Positions 47,615 to 57,061 of a stretch of 64,000 bases of DNA are shown here, in pieces. Source of the stretch: an uncultured bacterium (GTDB taxonomy: Bacteria > Fidelibacterota > Marinisomatia > Marinisomatales > TCS56); contig CAZVNL010000004.1 of assembly GCA_964628055.1 (NCBI GenBank), forward strand, positions 7,209 through 71,208, read 5' to 3'. Position numbers and translations under genes: made by a program. The notes beneath the pieces are model-generated. The model searched no databases. It was given only the letters and a program-made list of their open reading frames with translations, and had not been told where the DNA came from. The number at the start of each line of letters is the position of its first letter. Position 1 is the stretch's first letter.

Positions 47615-48442
47615 TTGGTAGTTATCACTACGGCGCTCCGTTCTGAGGCCCGACCTATTATCCGGTCCCTTGCCCTGGTGCAGGATCGCACCTACCCCGT
47701 CCTTAGAATTTATGGCAATGAAGATTATACCCTATTGATTACCGGCGTTGGTAGCGTTAGCACTGAAAAAGCGTTAGAAAAATTCTTTCAACACTTTTCA
47801 GAAAGACGGCGACTATTTCTCATTAACGTGGGGATTGCAGGGGGAGATGAGCGACAGACAAAGGTTGGTCAAATGTACCTCATTAACAAAATCGTGGAAG
47901 CTAGTACGGGCAAAACCTATTTCCCTGATATTTTGCTCGATCACTCCTTGGAAGAGGCCGCTTTGCTTACCGTGGAGGAAGCTATCACTACGTCTTCCCG
48001 TATTAAATTACCATTGGTGGATATGGAGGCTGCTATTATCTGGAAGGTGGCTGGTGGATTTTTACCTCCCCACCACATATTGTTTTTAAAGATCGTTTCT
48101 GATTACCGCGATGGCGCTCCGATTTCCGCGCAGCAGATCCAGGCTCTGATCCAGAAGAACATACCAGGACTCCTCGATCTTCTACGCGGTTGCCAACGCG
48201 CAAGCTTCTTCGAACGTGAAATTTTGACGCCTGAAGAACATAGCCTGCTTACTGAATGCCGACAGGTTTTAAGGCTTACCCATACGCAATATTATCGGTT
48301 ACTGAATTTGGCGGAAGGATATAAAGTCGTTCGTGGAACAGATATTATTCCGGTCCTAAAACCCTATTGCACCCGCACCTTTACCCATAAGCGCGAGAGA
48401 AACCGTTTTTTTCAAACACTCTGTGAACAACTTGCTGCCTAA
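47615..48442 (+). CDS. phosphorylase-superfamily (MTA/SAH or futalosine nucleosidase-like) protein with ~90-aa unknown C-terminal extension
   Basis: TTG 47615 lies 5 nt after GGAGGGG. Motifs ITTALRSEARPI, LLITGVGSVS, NVGIAGG and VDMEAAI are present. The residues after about aa 185 match nothing I recognise. Confidence 0.7.
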   Translation: MVVITTALRSEARPIIRSLALVQDRTYPVLRIYGNEDYTLLITGVGSVSTEKALEKFFQHFSERRRLFLINVGIAGGDERQTKVGQMYLINKIVEASTGKTYFPDILLDHSLEEAALLTVEEAITTSSRIKLPLVDMEAAIIWKVAGGFLPPHHILFLKIVSDYRDGAPISAQQIQALIQKNIPGLLDLLRGCQRASFFEREILTPEEHSLLTECRQVLRLTHTQYYRLLNLAEGYKVVRGTDIIPVLKPYCTRTFTHKRERNRFFQTLCEQLAA

Positions 48443-49433
48443 TTTTTCGCACGTGTACGTCGAGGATCGAGCGCAACCGTTTTCCCTCACGGATACTATT
48501 CTGAACCGTTTCCCCAACGCCGTCCAAGTCCCTATTCGTCATTATAAGGATTTGTTCAACCGTCCCCGGCAGGACTATCAATTACAAAAACGGAGTCTAA
48601 AGTTAATCCTGGCGGTCAAACAACCGCCTTTTCTCTATCCCCTAACGGACGTCCACCATCCCAACCAGGATTGTGGTCAATATTACACTACCCCACTGCT
48701 GAATTGCCTTTACAACTGTGAGTACTGTTTTCTCCAGGGATTGTACCCCTCGGCGAACCTGGTAGCCTTTGTTAATCCAGCGGCTTTTTTCCAGGCAACT
48801 GATAGTATCATCGGCGATCTTTCTCCCCTAACGAAACCCATATGGCTTTCCGTAGCTTATCAAACGGACTTATTGGCGTTTGAAAGATTGATTCCCTTTT
48901 GCCGGGAGTGGATCGCGTATGCTGCAACGCGACCGGAATTGATCCTGGAAATCAGGACTAAGAGTGCCCTCCTGGACCCCTTGAAATCATTATTGCCCCC
49001 GGAGAATGTTTTGTTGGCCTGGTCTCTCTCCCCGGAAGCAATGGTGGCGCAGATAGAACACCGCACGCCTTCCCTGGAAAGACGTCTTCAGGCGATACAA
49101 GCAGCCCTTCGTTTAGGGTGGAAAGTGCGCCTCTGTATCGATCCGGTTATCACAATCCCCCGGTGGAAGATGGTTTACGGTTCCTTTATCAACTACTTGT
49201 TTGAACGCGTGTCTGGCGAGGAGCTCTATGACGTGGTGCTGGGCGTGTTCCGCATGAACCGGGAGTTCTTCCAGCACATACGAAAGCAAAAACCCGAGTC
49301 CCCTCTATATTATTACACTTACGCTGAAAATAATGGCGTTCTGACGCTTTCTCAATCCCGTCGAGAAGAGGTATTGCAATTCCTCAAGGAGCGCCTGGCG
49401 GCGTATATTGCTGAAGAGAAAATCATCGGTTAA
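48423..49433 (+). CDS. SPL (spore photoproduct lyase) family radical SAM protein
   Basis: 336 aa with the N-terminus FSHVYVEDRA. The CX3CX2C motif is in LLNCLYNCEYCFLQG. Overall layout parallels SplB. The gene overlaps the upstream gene by 20 nt. Confidence 0.8.
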   Translation: MNNLLPNFSHVYVEDRAQPFSLTDTILNRFPNAVQVPIRHYKDLFNRPRQDYQLQKRSLKLILAVKQPPFLYPLTDVHHPNQDCGQYYTTPLLNCLYNCEYCFLQGLYPSANLVAFVNPAAFFQATDSIIGDLSPLTKPIWLSVAYQTDLLAFERLIPFCREWIAYAATRPELILEIRTKSALLDPLKSLLPPENVLLAWSLSPEAMVAQIEHRTPSLERRLQAIQAALRLGWKVRLCIDPVITIPRWKMVYGSFINYLFERVSGEELYDVVLGVFRMNREFFQHIRKQKPESPLYYYTYAENNGVLTLSQSRREEVLQFLKERLAAYIAEEKIIG

Positions 49434-49443
49434 TAGCTAAAAA

Positions 49444-50127
49444 TTATTTTAAAAGTTGGGCCAGGGGTTTGACCGCCCCTGCAACGCATTTATCCACGGC
49501 ATTGGAAAGGCTCAACGCATTATACCAATAACTGTTTGACCAGATGACCTCTCCTGTGGTTTTGTCCAACATTTGTAGGGTAAGTCCTACGCGGGAGTCC
49601 ACATACTCTACTTGTTGGGTTTCGGTAATTGAGCCTTTCTTTACGGTGGTCGTTTCGGTGGTTGTGGTTGTGTGGGTGATTTCCTTTCCCCCCTCCTGGC
49701 TTGCAACAACCACCGGTTCTTCCACGGTTTCCACAGTCGTCACCGTGCTGCCTTTATCTTTGGTGACGATAGGAATGACGATGACATTTCCGTCGGTATA
49801 TTCGGTAATGGTCGCCAGGAGAAAAACATCACTGGTGGTAAGGTTCAGGGATTCTGAGTCCTTGAGCAATCCCGATTGAGTAAGGATGACTTCATTGGCA
49901 ATGACTCCCAAATCTTCACGCTCTACGACGTTAAACCCCATGCGCAGCAGATGGTGTATGATGCTACGGGTTACGATTTTCCCGGAACCTGGAAAAGAGT
50001 TAAAATCCGGTGTGTGGGCCACGGCTATAGATTTTAACTGGGAGAAGTCGTAACCAGGTTTAATAACTAAAGGTGGTTGGCAGGCTACCAATAAGAGGCT
50101 TAGCCCAAAAAGAGTAGACCGGCCCAT
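49444..50127 (-). CDS. CsgG/LpoB-like lipoprotein with Thr-rich insert
   Basis: Signal plus lipobox (LLLVACQ). The segment GKIVTRSIIHHLLRMGFNVVEREDLGVIANEVILTQSGLL recalls the CsgG-family core. An HTTTTTETTTV low-complexity insert is present. The C-terminus contains LDKTTGEVIWS. Confidence 0.55.
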   Translation of the reverse strand: MGRSTLFGLSLLLVACQPPLVIKPGYDFSQLKSIAVAHTPDFNSFPGSGKIVTRSIIHHLLRMGFNVVEREDLGVIANEVILTQSGLLKDSESLNLTTSDVFLLATITEYTDGNVIVIPIVTKDKGSTVTTVETVEEPVVVASQEGGKEITHTTTTTETTTVKKGSITETQQVEYVDSRVGLTLQMLDKTTGEVIWSNSYWYNALSLSNAVDKCVAGAVKPLAQLLK

Positions 50128-50130
50128 TTT

Positions 50131-50454
50131 CTATTCTTCCAGGCTTTGGAGATGGATGGTCGCCTCCTTCTTCAGTTCTTCATCAATTGCGTATTGTAGG
50201 CATAATTTCCAGGCGGTACGGGCAGCGTCGGGTTCATCCAACATTTCCAGAATCTGGCCCTGCAAGCGGTAGAACTCGGCATTTTCAGGATCTAACTCAA
50301 TGGCTTTTTGAACGGCAGTTAGGGCTTCGCTATACTTTTCCGCCGCCATAGCCGTAATCCCATCGCGGAGGTAATCGCCCGCCGCCTTTTGTTCCTCCTG
50401 AGCATAGAGAGCGCCTAAGCTTAGAACTATGAGTGTTACCAGGAATATATTCAT
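50131..50454 (-). CDS. secreted TPR-repeat protein
   Basis: ATG 50454 follows GGAGGGAG. The signal is MNIFLVTLIVLSLGALYAQ. TPR-like repeats are present (YSEALTAVQKAIELDPENAEFY). The stop lies 3 nt from the next gene. Confidence 0.7.
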   Translation of the reverse strand: MNIFLVTLIVLSLGALYAQEEQKAAGDYLRDGITAMAAEKYSEALTAVQKAIELDPENAEFYRLQGQILEMLDEPDAARTAWKLCLQYAIDEELKKEATIHLQSLEE

Positions 50455-50525
50455 GACTCCCTCCCTGAAGTGTGAGGTAATTAAATGAAGTTCTTGCATG
50501 TGGATTACAGTAAGGTACGACCTTG

Positions 50526-50927
50526 TTATTTGTCAGGTTCTGGTTCCCCTTTCTCCTCGGTTGTGGATTTCGCCGACTTTTTATCCACGTATTCTTTTAC
50601 CGTTTCCATGACTTTGGGAGCCAGATCAAAGAGTTTGGTGGTGACACTCTCTTTGCTCCCAATGGTAAGTAGTTTGACGCCTTCCTCTCCAATGATTACA
50701 AAAGCCACCGGTTCAATGGACCAGCCTCCGCCGATTCCTTCGCCATCTCCCTTGCTTTTTTTCGCTTCACTCCCGTGGCCACCGCCGCTCCCAAAACCGA
50801 ATACAACCTTGGACACCGGAATGACCGTGTGCTTCCCCGCATTAACGGGTTCCCCAACCACGGTTTTAGTAGCCATGAGATCTTGTAATTCCTGGAGTGT
50901 GCTTTTAACCAATTCGGCTATATTCAT
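50526..50927 (-). CDS. GerW/YtfJ family protein
   Basis: 133 aa. Segments GEPVNAGKHTVIPVSKVVFGFGSGGG and GGGWSIEPVAFVIIGEEGVKLL are hallmarks of the family. Confidence 0.8.
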   Translation of the reverse strand: MNIAELVKSTLQELQDLMATKTVVGEPVNAGKHTVIPVSKVVFGFGSGGGHGSEAKKSKGDGEGIGGGWSIEPVAFVIIGEEGVKLLTIGSKESVTTKLFDLAPKVMETVKEYVDKKSAKSTTEEKGEPEPDK

Positions 50928-50939
50928 GGGATTCCCTTC

Positions 50940-51533
50940 CTATTTGCGGCATTTAAAATAAGTTGTTCCTACACGCCAAGCAAGACGGGCCGGTTGCACC
51001 CGGAATCTTACCTGACCTTTTAAAGCGGTATTCAATTGACTCCGAAAATAAGGTTTAATTCCTAAGTCTACTCGCGGGGAGTGTATCATACTTGAAATCC
51101 AGTTCAAGCCCCCCATGATGAGACCCGTGTACATGGGGTTCTCCAATTCCAGGCGCCCCATGATGGCCAGGTATTCCCAATGTAATTCAGCCACCCCGGC
51201 CTGCCATACTTTGATTAGCGAAGAGAAATCACCCTTATGACGTTTTTTCTTTCCACGGGTTCCCATTCGTATCAGGGCTTTTTTAGTTCGAGCGGAGATA
51301 GGCACTGCAATCCACGGGCGGTCATGGGGGCCAAATACCAGGTATCTTTGCGGTAAAAGCTCCAACCCCAATCCAAATTTTTTACTGCCCACCCATAAAT
51401 GGCCGGTACCGTCTGATTGCTTTTCGCTTAGCATGATGGTAATAGTCGCAACGATCTGCACGGGGAGGCATAGCAGCAGGAGAATAAATCCTACGATGCC
51501 AATAATTACCCCTGCAATGGTAACTGCGGTCAT
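50940..51533 (-). CDS. DUF2953/YtfI-like membrane protein
   Basis: 197 aa with an N-terminal TM helix. The later segment ELHWEYLAIMGRLELENPMYTGLIMGGLNW parallels B. subtilis YtfI as I recall it. It sits directly upstream of a YtfJ homolog, as in Bacillus. Confidence 0.6.
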   Translation of the reverse strand: MTAVTIAGVIIGIVGFILLLLCLPVQIVATITIMLSEKQSDGTGHLWVGSKKFGLGLELLPQRYLVFGPHDRPWIAVPISARTKKALIRMGTRGKKKRHKGDFSSLIKVWQAGVAELHWEYLAIMGRLELENPMYTGLIMGGLNWISSMIHSPRVDLGIKPYFRSQLNTALKGQVRFRVQPARLAWRVGTTYFKCRK

Positions 51534-51581
51534 TAAAAACTCTAAACCATAGTAGTGTTAGACAACAATGGAAAAGGGCCC

Positions 51582-52526
51582 TTATTCAAATAGGTAAGGT
51601 TCTTGTTCAAGAAGCTTTTTAGCTAAGGTTTGTTCAAAAAGGTTTTCGGGAGTTACATCCGGCAACTGGGTGGGGTCTGCTTCAATAACATGGGTCAAGT
51701 CTTCATGGAATAGGTCCCGATTGCCAGCTTTGGTATGGTAATATTGGGCCCGAAGGGTGTAGGTACCCAGATAATTGGGATTTTCTTTGATTGCCTGTTC
51801 GAAGTACCCCGCCGAACGGTCCAGATCCACACCTGGCAACAGGGCAAAAAAAGCGCCGAAGAACCGGTAAGGTCCACCATGAAAATAGTTAGGTTCCAGA
51901 GCCAGGATTCGGTGCATCACGGTTTCCAATACGTCACGTTTTTCCAATCGTACTAATACTGGTTTGGTGGCTAAGTAACGCCCGAAGTTGGCGGCCCACC
52001 AGTAGAGAGTGGGTACGAGGGAGGCCGGGGCCGTGGCCAATTTATCCAGAACGGGGGGTAGCGAGTCCCCGGTAAGATTGGCAAAGTGCTCTGGCAGGCC
52101 TAAAGAATCTATGAGGATTTGTTCCGCGATGGCAGTCCCCGCCAGGAACAAACTATCTTGGCGGGCAGCGTCTTCCTCTAAAAAATGCCCCTCGAAGTGA
52201 TACGCCCGACTTAAAAGGACGGAGAGTTCCTGATCCTCGGGTTTTAAATCGTGAGCTTTAGCGAGGAAAAAGGTGGCCAATCTGGCATCCTGGGGATTGG
52301 AGCGGCGTTCCCAGTAGTAATTACCTTGTTGAAGCAGGTAGTCGGCATTTTGGGTTAGAATACGTTCGGGCGTCACCGCGGGCGAGGAGCCACAGCTAAC
52401 GCTCCATCCCCAGAGGAATAGTCCCAAAAGGCTAAGTAGAAATCTGGTCACACCGTTAAAGTGATTGCTTTGTGAGTGGAAGGATAATATCTTCCTCCTG
52501 TCTATACAGGGCTTGAAACTTAACAC
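51582..52526 (-). CDS. TatT-like (TRAP-T-associated TPR-like) lipoprotein
   Basis: Signal with Cys (LFLWGWSVSCG). The helical repeat body includes EPNYFHGGPYRFFGAFFALLPG...SAGYFEQAIKENPNYL, which is the TatT-family pattern. The GTG start is uncertain. Confidence 0.6.
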   Translation of the reverse strand: MLSFKPCIDRRKILSFHSQSNHFNGVTRFLLSLLGLFLWGWSVSCGSSPAVTPERILTQNADYLLQQGNYYWERRSNPQDARLATFFLAKAHDLKPEDQELSVLLSRAYHFEGHFLEEDAARQDSLFLAGTAIAEQILIDSLGLPEHFANLTGDSLPPVLDKLATAPASLVPTLYWWAANFGRYLATKPVLVRLEKRDVLETVMHRILALEPNYFHGGPYRFFGAFFALLPGVDLDRSAGYFEQAIKENPNYLGTYTLRAQYYHTKAGNRDLFHEDLTHVIEADPTQLPDVTPENLFEQTLAKKLLEQEPYLFE

Positions 52527-52540
52527 AATTTACGAGTGGA

Positions 52541-53494
52541 ATGGAAAAAGCAATTGAATTAAAAGGGGTTGACCTGGCGGCGCTTCTGGGGGTGGCCGAC
52601 GCGCACCTGCGAATTATTTCGGAAAGTTTCCCCACCCAGGTGGTTGTACGGGGGAATCAACTGCGCCTAAGGGGTGAAAATGAACAAGTGCAATTAGTCA
52701 GCCAAGTCATCCATGAGATGTTACAGACGCTCAGCCGCAAAGGGAGCCTTACCCCGAAGGATGTGCGTCAGCTCATCCAGATGGCGCACGTCGATAACGG
52801 GCATCCTCCTACGCCGGTTGAAAATGTCATTCATTACGGCCGCAAGGGGGCCATAGTAGCCCGGACAAAGGGCCAACAGGTTTACGCCGATGCCATTAAG
52901 GAAAACGATATTGTCTTTTCCGTTGGCCCGGCTGGAACGGGGAAAACCTATATTGCCGTTGCCTTTGCCATCGCCGCCCTGGAAAACCATGAAGTGGACC
53001 GTATTATCCTCTGTCGCCCAGCAGTGGAGGCGGGAGAAAACCTGGGCTTTTTGCCGGGTGATTTAAAAGAGAAAGTCAACCCTTACTTAACCCCCCTCTA
53101 TGACGCTCTGAACGACATCATTCCAGCCCCTCGATTAAAAACCCTCCTGGCCCACAACACCATTGAGATAATTCCCCTGGCTTACATGCGGGGACGAACC
53201 CTGAACAATGCCTTTCTCATTTTGGACGAAGCCCAGAATTCCACTCCCCTCCAGATGAAGATGTTCCTCACCCGCCTGGGAGTCAATTCCAAAACCGTCA
53301 TTACCGGTGATATAACCCAGATCGACCTACCCCGTTCCAGCGATTCGGGATTGGTGCAAGTCATGGAAATTTTAAAGGGCATTGACGGCATTGGTTTCGC
53401 CTTTCTCAACGAAACGGACGTGGTGCGGCATAAACTGGTGCGGGACATCATCCGGGCCTACGACCAGTCCCCGGGCAACCACGATGATTCCTGA
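52541..53494 (+). CDS. phoH: PhoH family ATPase
   Basis: 317 aa with Walker A GPAGTGKTY and Walker B ILDEAQN. An N-terminal KH-like region is present. Confidence 0.93.
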   Translation: MEKAIELKGVDLAALLGVADAHLRIISESFPTQVVVRGNQLRLRGENEQVQLVSQVIHEMLQTLSRKGSLTPKDVRQLIQMAHVDNGHPPTPVENVIHYGRKGAIVARTKGQQVYADAIKENDIVFSVGPAGTGKTYIAVAFAIAALENHEVDRIILCRPAVEAGENLGFLPGDLKEKVNPYLTPLYDALNDIIPAPRLKTLLAHNTIEIIPLAYMRGRTLNNAFLILDEAQNSTPLQMKMFLTRLGVNSKTVITGDITQIDLPRSSDSGLVQVMEILKGIDGIGFAFLNETDVVRHKLVRDIIRAYDQSPGNHDDS

Positions 53495-54722
53495 ACATGT
53501 TCGTTTTTATCCTTACTTTCTATCCCGGGAGTCTTTAGGCCAGGACCACTCCCAGGCTTTTCCTTCCTTAACTGATCATATAACCGCCGATCTCTGTATT
53601 ATTGGCGGCGGAATCGCAGGGCTGCTCTCTGCCTACTGGCTGGCGGAATTGGGTGTACAAGTGGTCTTACTAGAGAGAGGAATTCTTGGCCACGGGGCTA
53701 CGGGGCGCAATACTGGTTTCATCCTCACCGGTACCGCAGAACATTTTAGTCGTCTTGCAGGACTGGTTGGGAAAGACAAGGCCATCAGACTCTGGAATTT
53801 CACTGCCCGTAACCATGACTTACTGGAAGAGGTAATCACTACCGAGCACATAGAGTGTGACCATGAACGTTGCGGCAGCTTAATCCTGGCCATGTCCGAG
53901 GCCGAGTCTCAGGAACTGGCAACAACCTATCAAATGTTAGCGGAAATAGGACTTGATTGTACCTGGATCGCAACGGAGGACGTAAAGGATCTACTCGGGG
54001 AACCAATTGGCCACGGAGCGGTGCGCATGAATCGTGATGGCGCCTTACATCCCATAAAGTTTGTCAGCTGTCTCGCCACCCTGATGAAGAAACAAGCCGT
54101 GGCTATGTACGAAGAGACTTGTGTTTCCCTGATCCAGTCCCATCCCCACAGTAATGATATCCGGGTTCACACCCCCGATGGGTACGTGGATTGTGCCCTG
54201 GCTTTATTAACAACTAATGCTCATATTCGGGAGCTACTCCCCGATTATCAGGATATCGTTTTTCCTGTTCGTGGACAGGCCTTTGCCACGGAACCCTTTC
54301 AAAAACGCATGTTTCGCGAGGTTATTTATGCTAATTTCGGGTATGAATATTGGCGTCAACTCCCCGATGGTCGTTTAATTATCGGTGGGTTTCGCGAACA
54401 GGCAAAAGAGCAAGAATTAACTGACTCCGAGGACCTCAACGTTGATCTATTTCACGGTTTACATAACTATTTCGCCGACTTATTTCCACCACTTAAGGAG
54501 TGTAAAGTGACTCATACCTGGTCCGGTACGATGGGGTTTAGTCAGGACGGTTTACCGCTCCTGGGGAGTAGTCGGTCATTGCCCCATCTTTACCTCATGG
54601 GAGGTTTTACCGGACACGGTTTGGGATTTGTCGCCTTACTAAGCCAGATGGCCGCCCAACTGATGGTAAACGGAGAGGCTGAAGACGGTGATCTTTTCCA
54701 TACCCGACGTTTTCGCACTTAA
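53484..54722 (+). CDS. FAD-dependent oxidoreductase (DAO family)
   Basis: ATG 53484 overlaps the phoH end. The Rossmann motif DLCIIGGGIAGLLSAYWLAELG and a C-terminal GHG motif are present. The ORF-track start at 53382 lies inside phoH and is rejected. Confidence 0.85.
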   Translation: MIPEHVRFYPYFLSRESLGQDHSQAFPSLTDHITADLCIIGGGIAGLLSAYWLAELGVQVVLLERGILGHGATGRNTGFILTGTAEHFSRLAGLVGKDKAIRLWNFTARNHDLLEEVITTEHIECDHERCGSLILAMSEAESQELATTYQMLAEIGLDCTWIATEDVKDLLGEPIGHGAVRMNRDGALHPIKFVSCLATLMKKQAVAMYEETCVSLIQSHPHSNDIRVHTPDGYVDCALALLTTNAHIRELLPDYQDIVFPVRGQAFATEPFQKRMFREVIYANFGYEYWRQLPDGRLIIGGFREQAKEQELTDSEDLNVDLFHGLHNYFADLFPPLKECKVTHTWSGTMGFSQDGLPLLGSSRSLPHLYLMGGFTGHGLGFVALLSQMAAQLMVNGEAEDGDLFHTRRFRT

Positions 54723-54737
54723 AGGAGTCGCTGAAGA

Positions 54738-55916
54738 ATGATTGACGTTGTTATTACCGCCGCAAAACGCACCCCCATCGGGGCTTTTCAGGGTTCCCTG
54801 GCCCCCGTTTCCGCTCCCCAATTAGGGGCCATTGTACTCCGAGATTCGTTGGCTGAAAGTGGTGTTAAACCCCTGCAGGTGGAAGAAGTGATCATGGGTT
54901 GTGTGCTCACCGCTGGTTTGGGACAGGCGCCCGCTCGCCAGGCAGCCTTGAAGGCTGGTTTACCCAATACGGTGGAATGCCTCACCATCAATAAAATGTG
55001 TGGTTCCGGGTTAAAAGCGGTTATGTTGGCAATCCAAGCCATTCAAGCCGGGGATGTGGAAATCGTCCTCGCCGGAGGAATGGAGAATATGTCTCAAGCG
55101 CCGTATTTACTCCCGAAAGCCCGCGCCGGATACCGGTTGGGGCATGGAGTAGTGGTAGACAGTATGATCAAAGATGGGCTCTGGGACGTGTACAATGATT
55201 TTCATATGGGAAGCTGTGCGGAACTGTGCGCCCGCGAGCGACATTATACTCGCGAAGCTCAGGATGCTGTGGCCCAGGAGTCTTACCGTCGGGCGCTCCA
55301 GGCCCAGGAACAGGGGCTTTTTAAGGCCGAGTTGACTCCGGTAGAAGTTCCACAACGAAAAGGTGTGCCACTCCTCGTGGAGCAGGATGAGGAACCCGGG
55401 CGCGTAAATTTTGAAAAAATGCCTAACCTGAGACCTGCCTTCGAGCGGGAAGGAACGATCACCGCCGCCAATGCTTCCAAAATCAACGATGGTGCCGCGG
55501 CGGTGCTCATCATGTCAGCCGAAAGAGCGCAAACCCTGGGATTGAAACCCTTGGTCAGGGTAGTGGCGCAGGCTTCTGCGGCGCAAGCGCCGGAGTGGTT
55601 TACCACCGCCCCCGGGAAAGCCATCGAAAAAGTACTACGGAAAGCCAGCCTGGCTGTGTCCCAAATCGATTTATGGGAGATTAACGAAGCCTTCGCACCC
55701 GTTCTCATGGCGGCGGTGGAGGATAATAAGCTGCAGATGGAACGGGTGAACGTCCACGGGGGCGCCATCGCTTTAGGGCATCCGATCGGTGCCAGTGGAG
55801 CCCGTATCCTGACCACATTAATCCATGCCCTAAAGGCTCATTCAGCAAAGCGTGGCCTGGCAACCCTGTGTATTGGTGGGGGCGAGGCTTCCGCCCTGAT
55901 TGTAGAGCGCGTGTGA
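54738..55916 (+). CDS. acetyl-CoA C-acetyltransferase (thiolase II)
   Basis: 392 aa with the active-site segment NKMCGSGLKA. NVHGGAIALGHPIGASG and CIGGGEA follow. Confidence 0.95.
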   Translation: MIDVVITAAKRTPIGAFQGSLAPVSAPQLGAIVLRDSLAESGVKPLQVEEVIMGCVLTAGLGQAPARQAALKAGLPNTVECLTINKMCGSGLKAVMLAIQAIQAGDVEIVLAGGMENMSQAPYLLPKARAGYRLGHGVVVDSMIKDGLWDVYNDFHMGSCAELCARERHYTREAQDAVAQESYRRALQAQEQGLFKAELTPVEVPQRKGVPLLVEQDEEPGRVNFEKMPNLRPAFEREGTITAANASKINDGAAAVLIMSAERAQTLGLKPLVRVVAQASAAQAPEWFTTAPGKAIEKVLRKASLAVSQIDLWEINEAFAPVLMAAVEDNKLQMERVNVHGGAIALGHPIGASGARILTTLIHALKAHSAKRGLATLCIGGGEASALIVERV

Positions 55917-57061
55917 TGGATTTCCAGCTTACCGAAGAACAGCAATTAATCCAAAAAACTGCCCGTCAGTTTGCCGCCGAGCACCTGGCCCCGGGCGTCA
56001 TTGAACGGGATGAAAAAGCACAATTCCCGGCTGAACAGATTCGCCAGTTAGGCTCCCTGGGGTTTATGGGTATGATGGTCCCAGAGAAGTGGGGGGGCGC
56101 AGGTTTGGACACGGTGAGTTATGTGATCGCCATGGAAGAAATTGCCCGTGTTGACGCCTCCGCCGCTGTGGTCATGTCCGTGAATAACTCCCTCGTGTGT
56201 CAATTGCTGCTGGACTGGGGGAATTACACCCAGCGTGAACAGGTTCTCGCCAAATTAGCCTCCGGGGAATGGTTAGGGGCTTTTTCATTAAGCGAACCGC
56301 AGTCCGGTTCGGATGCCAGTAATATGCGGGCTTTCGCCCGGCGGGATGGATCGGAATATGTGCTTAACGGTAATAAAAACTGGGTAACGAATGGAATCAA
56401 TTCTGACATAGTGATTCTCTTTGCCCTTACTGAGAAGGGCATTGGACATCGGGGAATTTCAGCTTTCATTGTGGAAAAAGGACGGCCGGGATTTACTACC
56501 GGTAAAAAAGAGGACAAGCTGGGTATTCGCGCTTCAGATACCTGTGAACTTTTCTTGGAGGATTGTCGTATCCCTGTTACAAACCGTATTGGTGAGGAGG
56601 GACAGGGGTTTTATATTGCCCTAAAAACTTTGGATGGAGGGCGAGTTGGCATTGCCGCTCAGGCTCTGGGTATCGCTCAGGCAGCCCTGGATCGTTCCCG
56701 GGAATATGCCCAGGAACGTAAACAATTTGGTCGTCCCATAAGTACCTTTGGGGCCATCCAGAATAAAATTGCAACCATGGCCACGCAGATTGCGGCTTCC
56801 AGGTTATTAATTTACCAGGCGGCCGTGAAAAAAGATGCCCATGAACTATTTACCAAGGAAGCCGCCATGGCGAAGAGTTTCGCCTCCCAGACGGCGCTCT
56901 CCGCTGCGCGGGAATGTGTCCAGATTTTTGGGGGGTATGGCTATATGCGGGAGTTCGGGGTAGAACGCCTTATGCGGGATGCCAAAATTACCCAGATCTA
57001 TGAAGGAACTACAGAAATTCAACAACTGGTAATTGCCAGATCAGTCTTGGAGGAATCATGA
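55916..57061 (+). CDS. acyl-CoA dehydrogenase
   Basis: ATG 55916 overlaps the thiolase stop (TGATG). The product begins MDFQLTEEQQLI and has a catalytic-Glu C-terminal motif (IYEGTTEIQ). Confidence 0.93.
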   Translation: MDFQLTEEQQLIQKTARQFAAEHLAPGVIERDEKAQFPAEQIRQLGSLGFMGMMVPEKWGGAGLDTVSYVIAMEEIARVDASAAVVMSVNNSLVCQLLLDWGNYTQREQVLAKLASGEWLGAFSLSEPQSGSDASNMRAFARRDGSEYVLNGNKNWVTNGINSDIVILFALTEKGIGHRGISAFIVEKGRPGFTTGKKEDKLGIRASDTCELFLEDCRIPVTNRIGEEGQGFYIALKTLDGGRVGIAAQALGIAQAALDRSREYAQERKQFGRPISTFGAIQNKIATMATQIAASRLLIYQAAVKKDAHELFTKEAAMAKSFASQTALSAARECVQIFGGYGYMREFGVERLMRDAKITQIYEGTTEIQQLVIARSVLEES

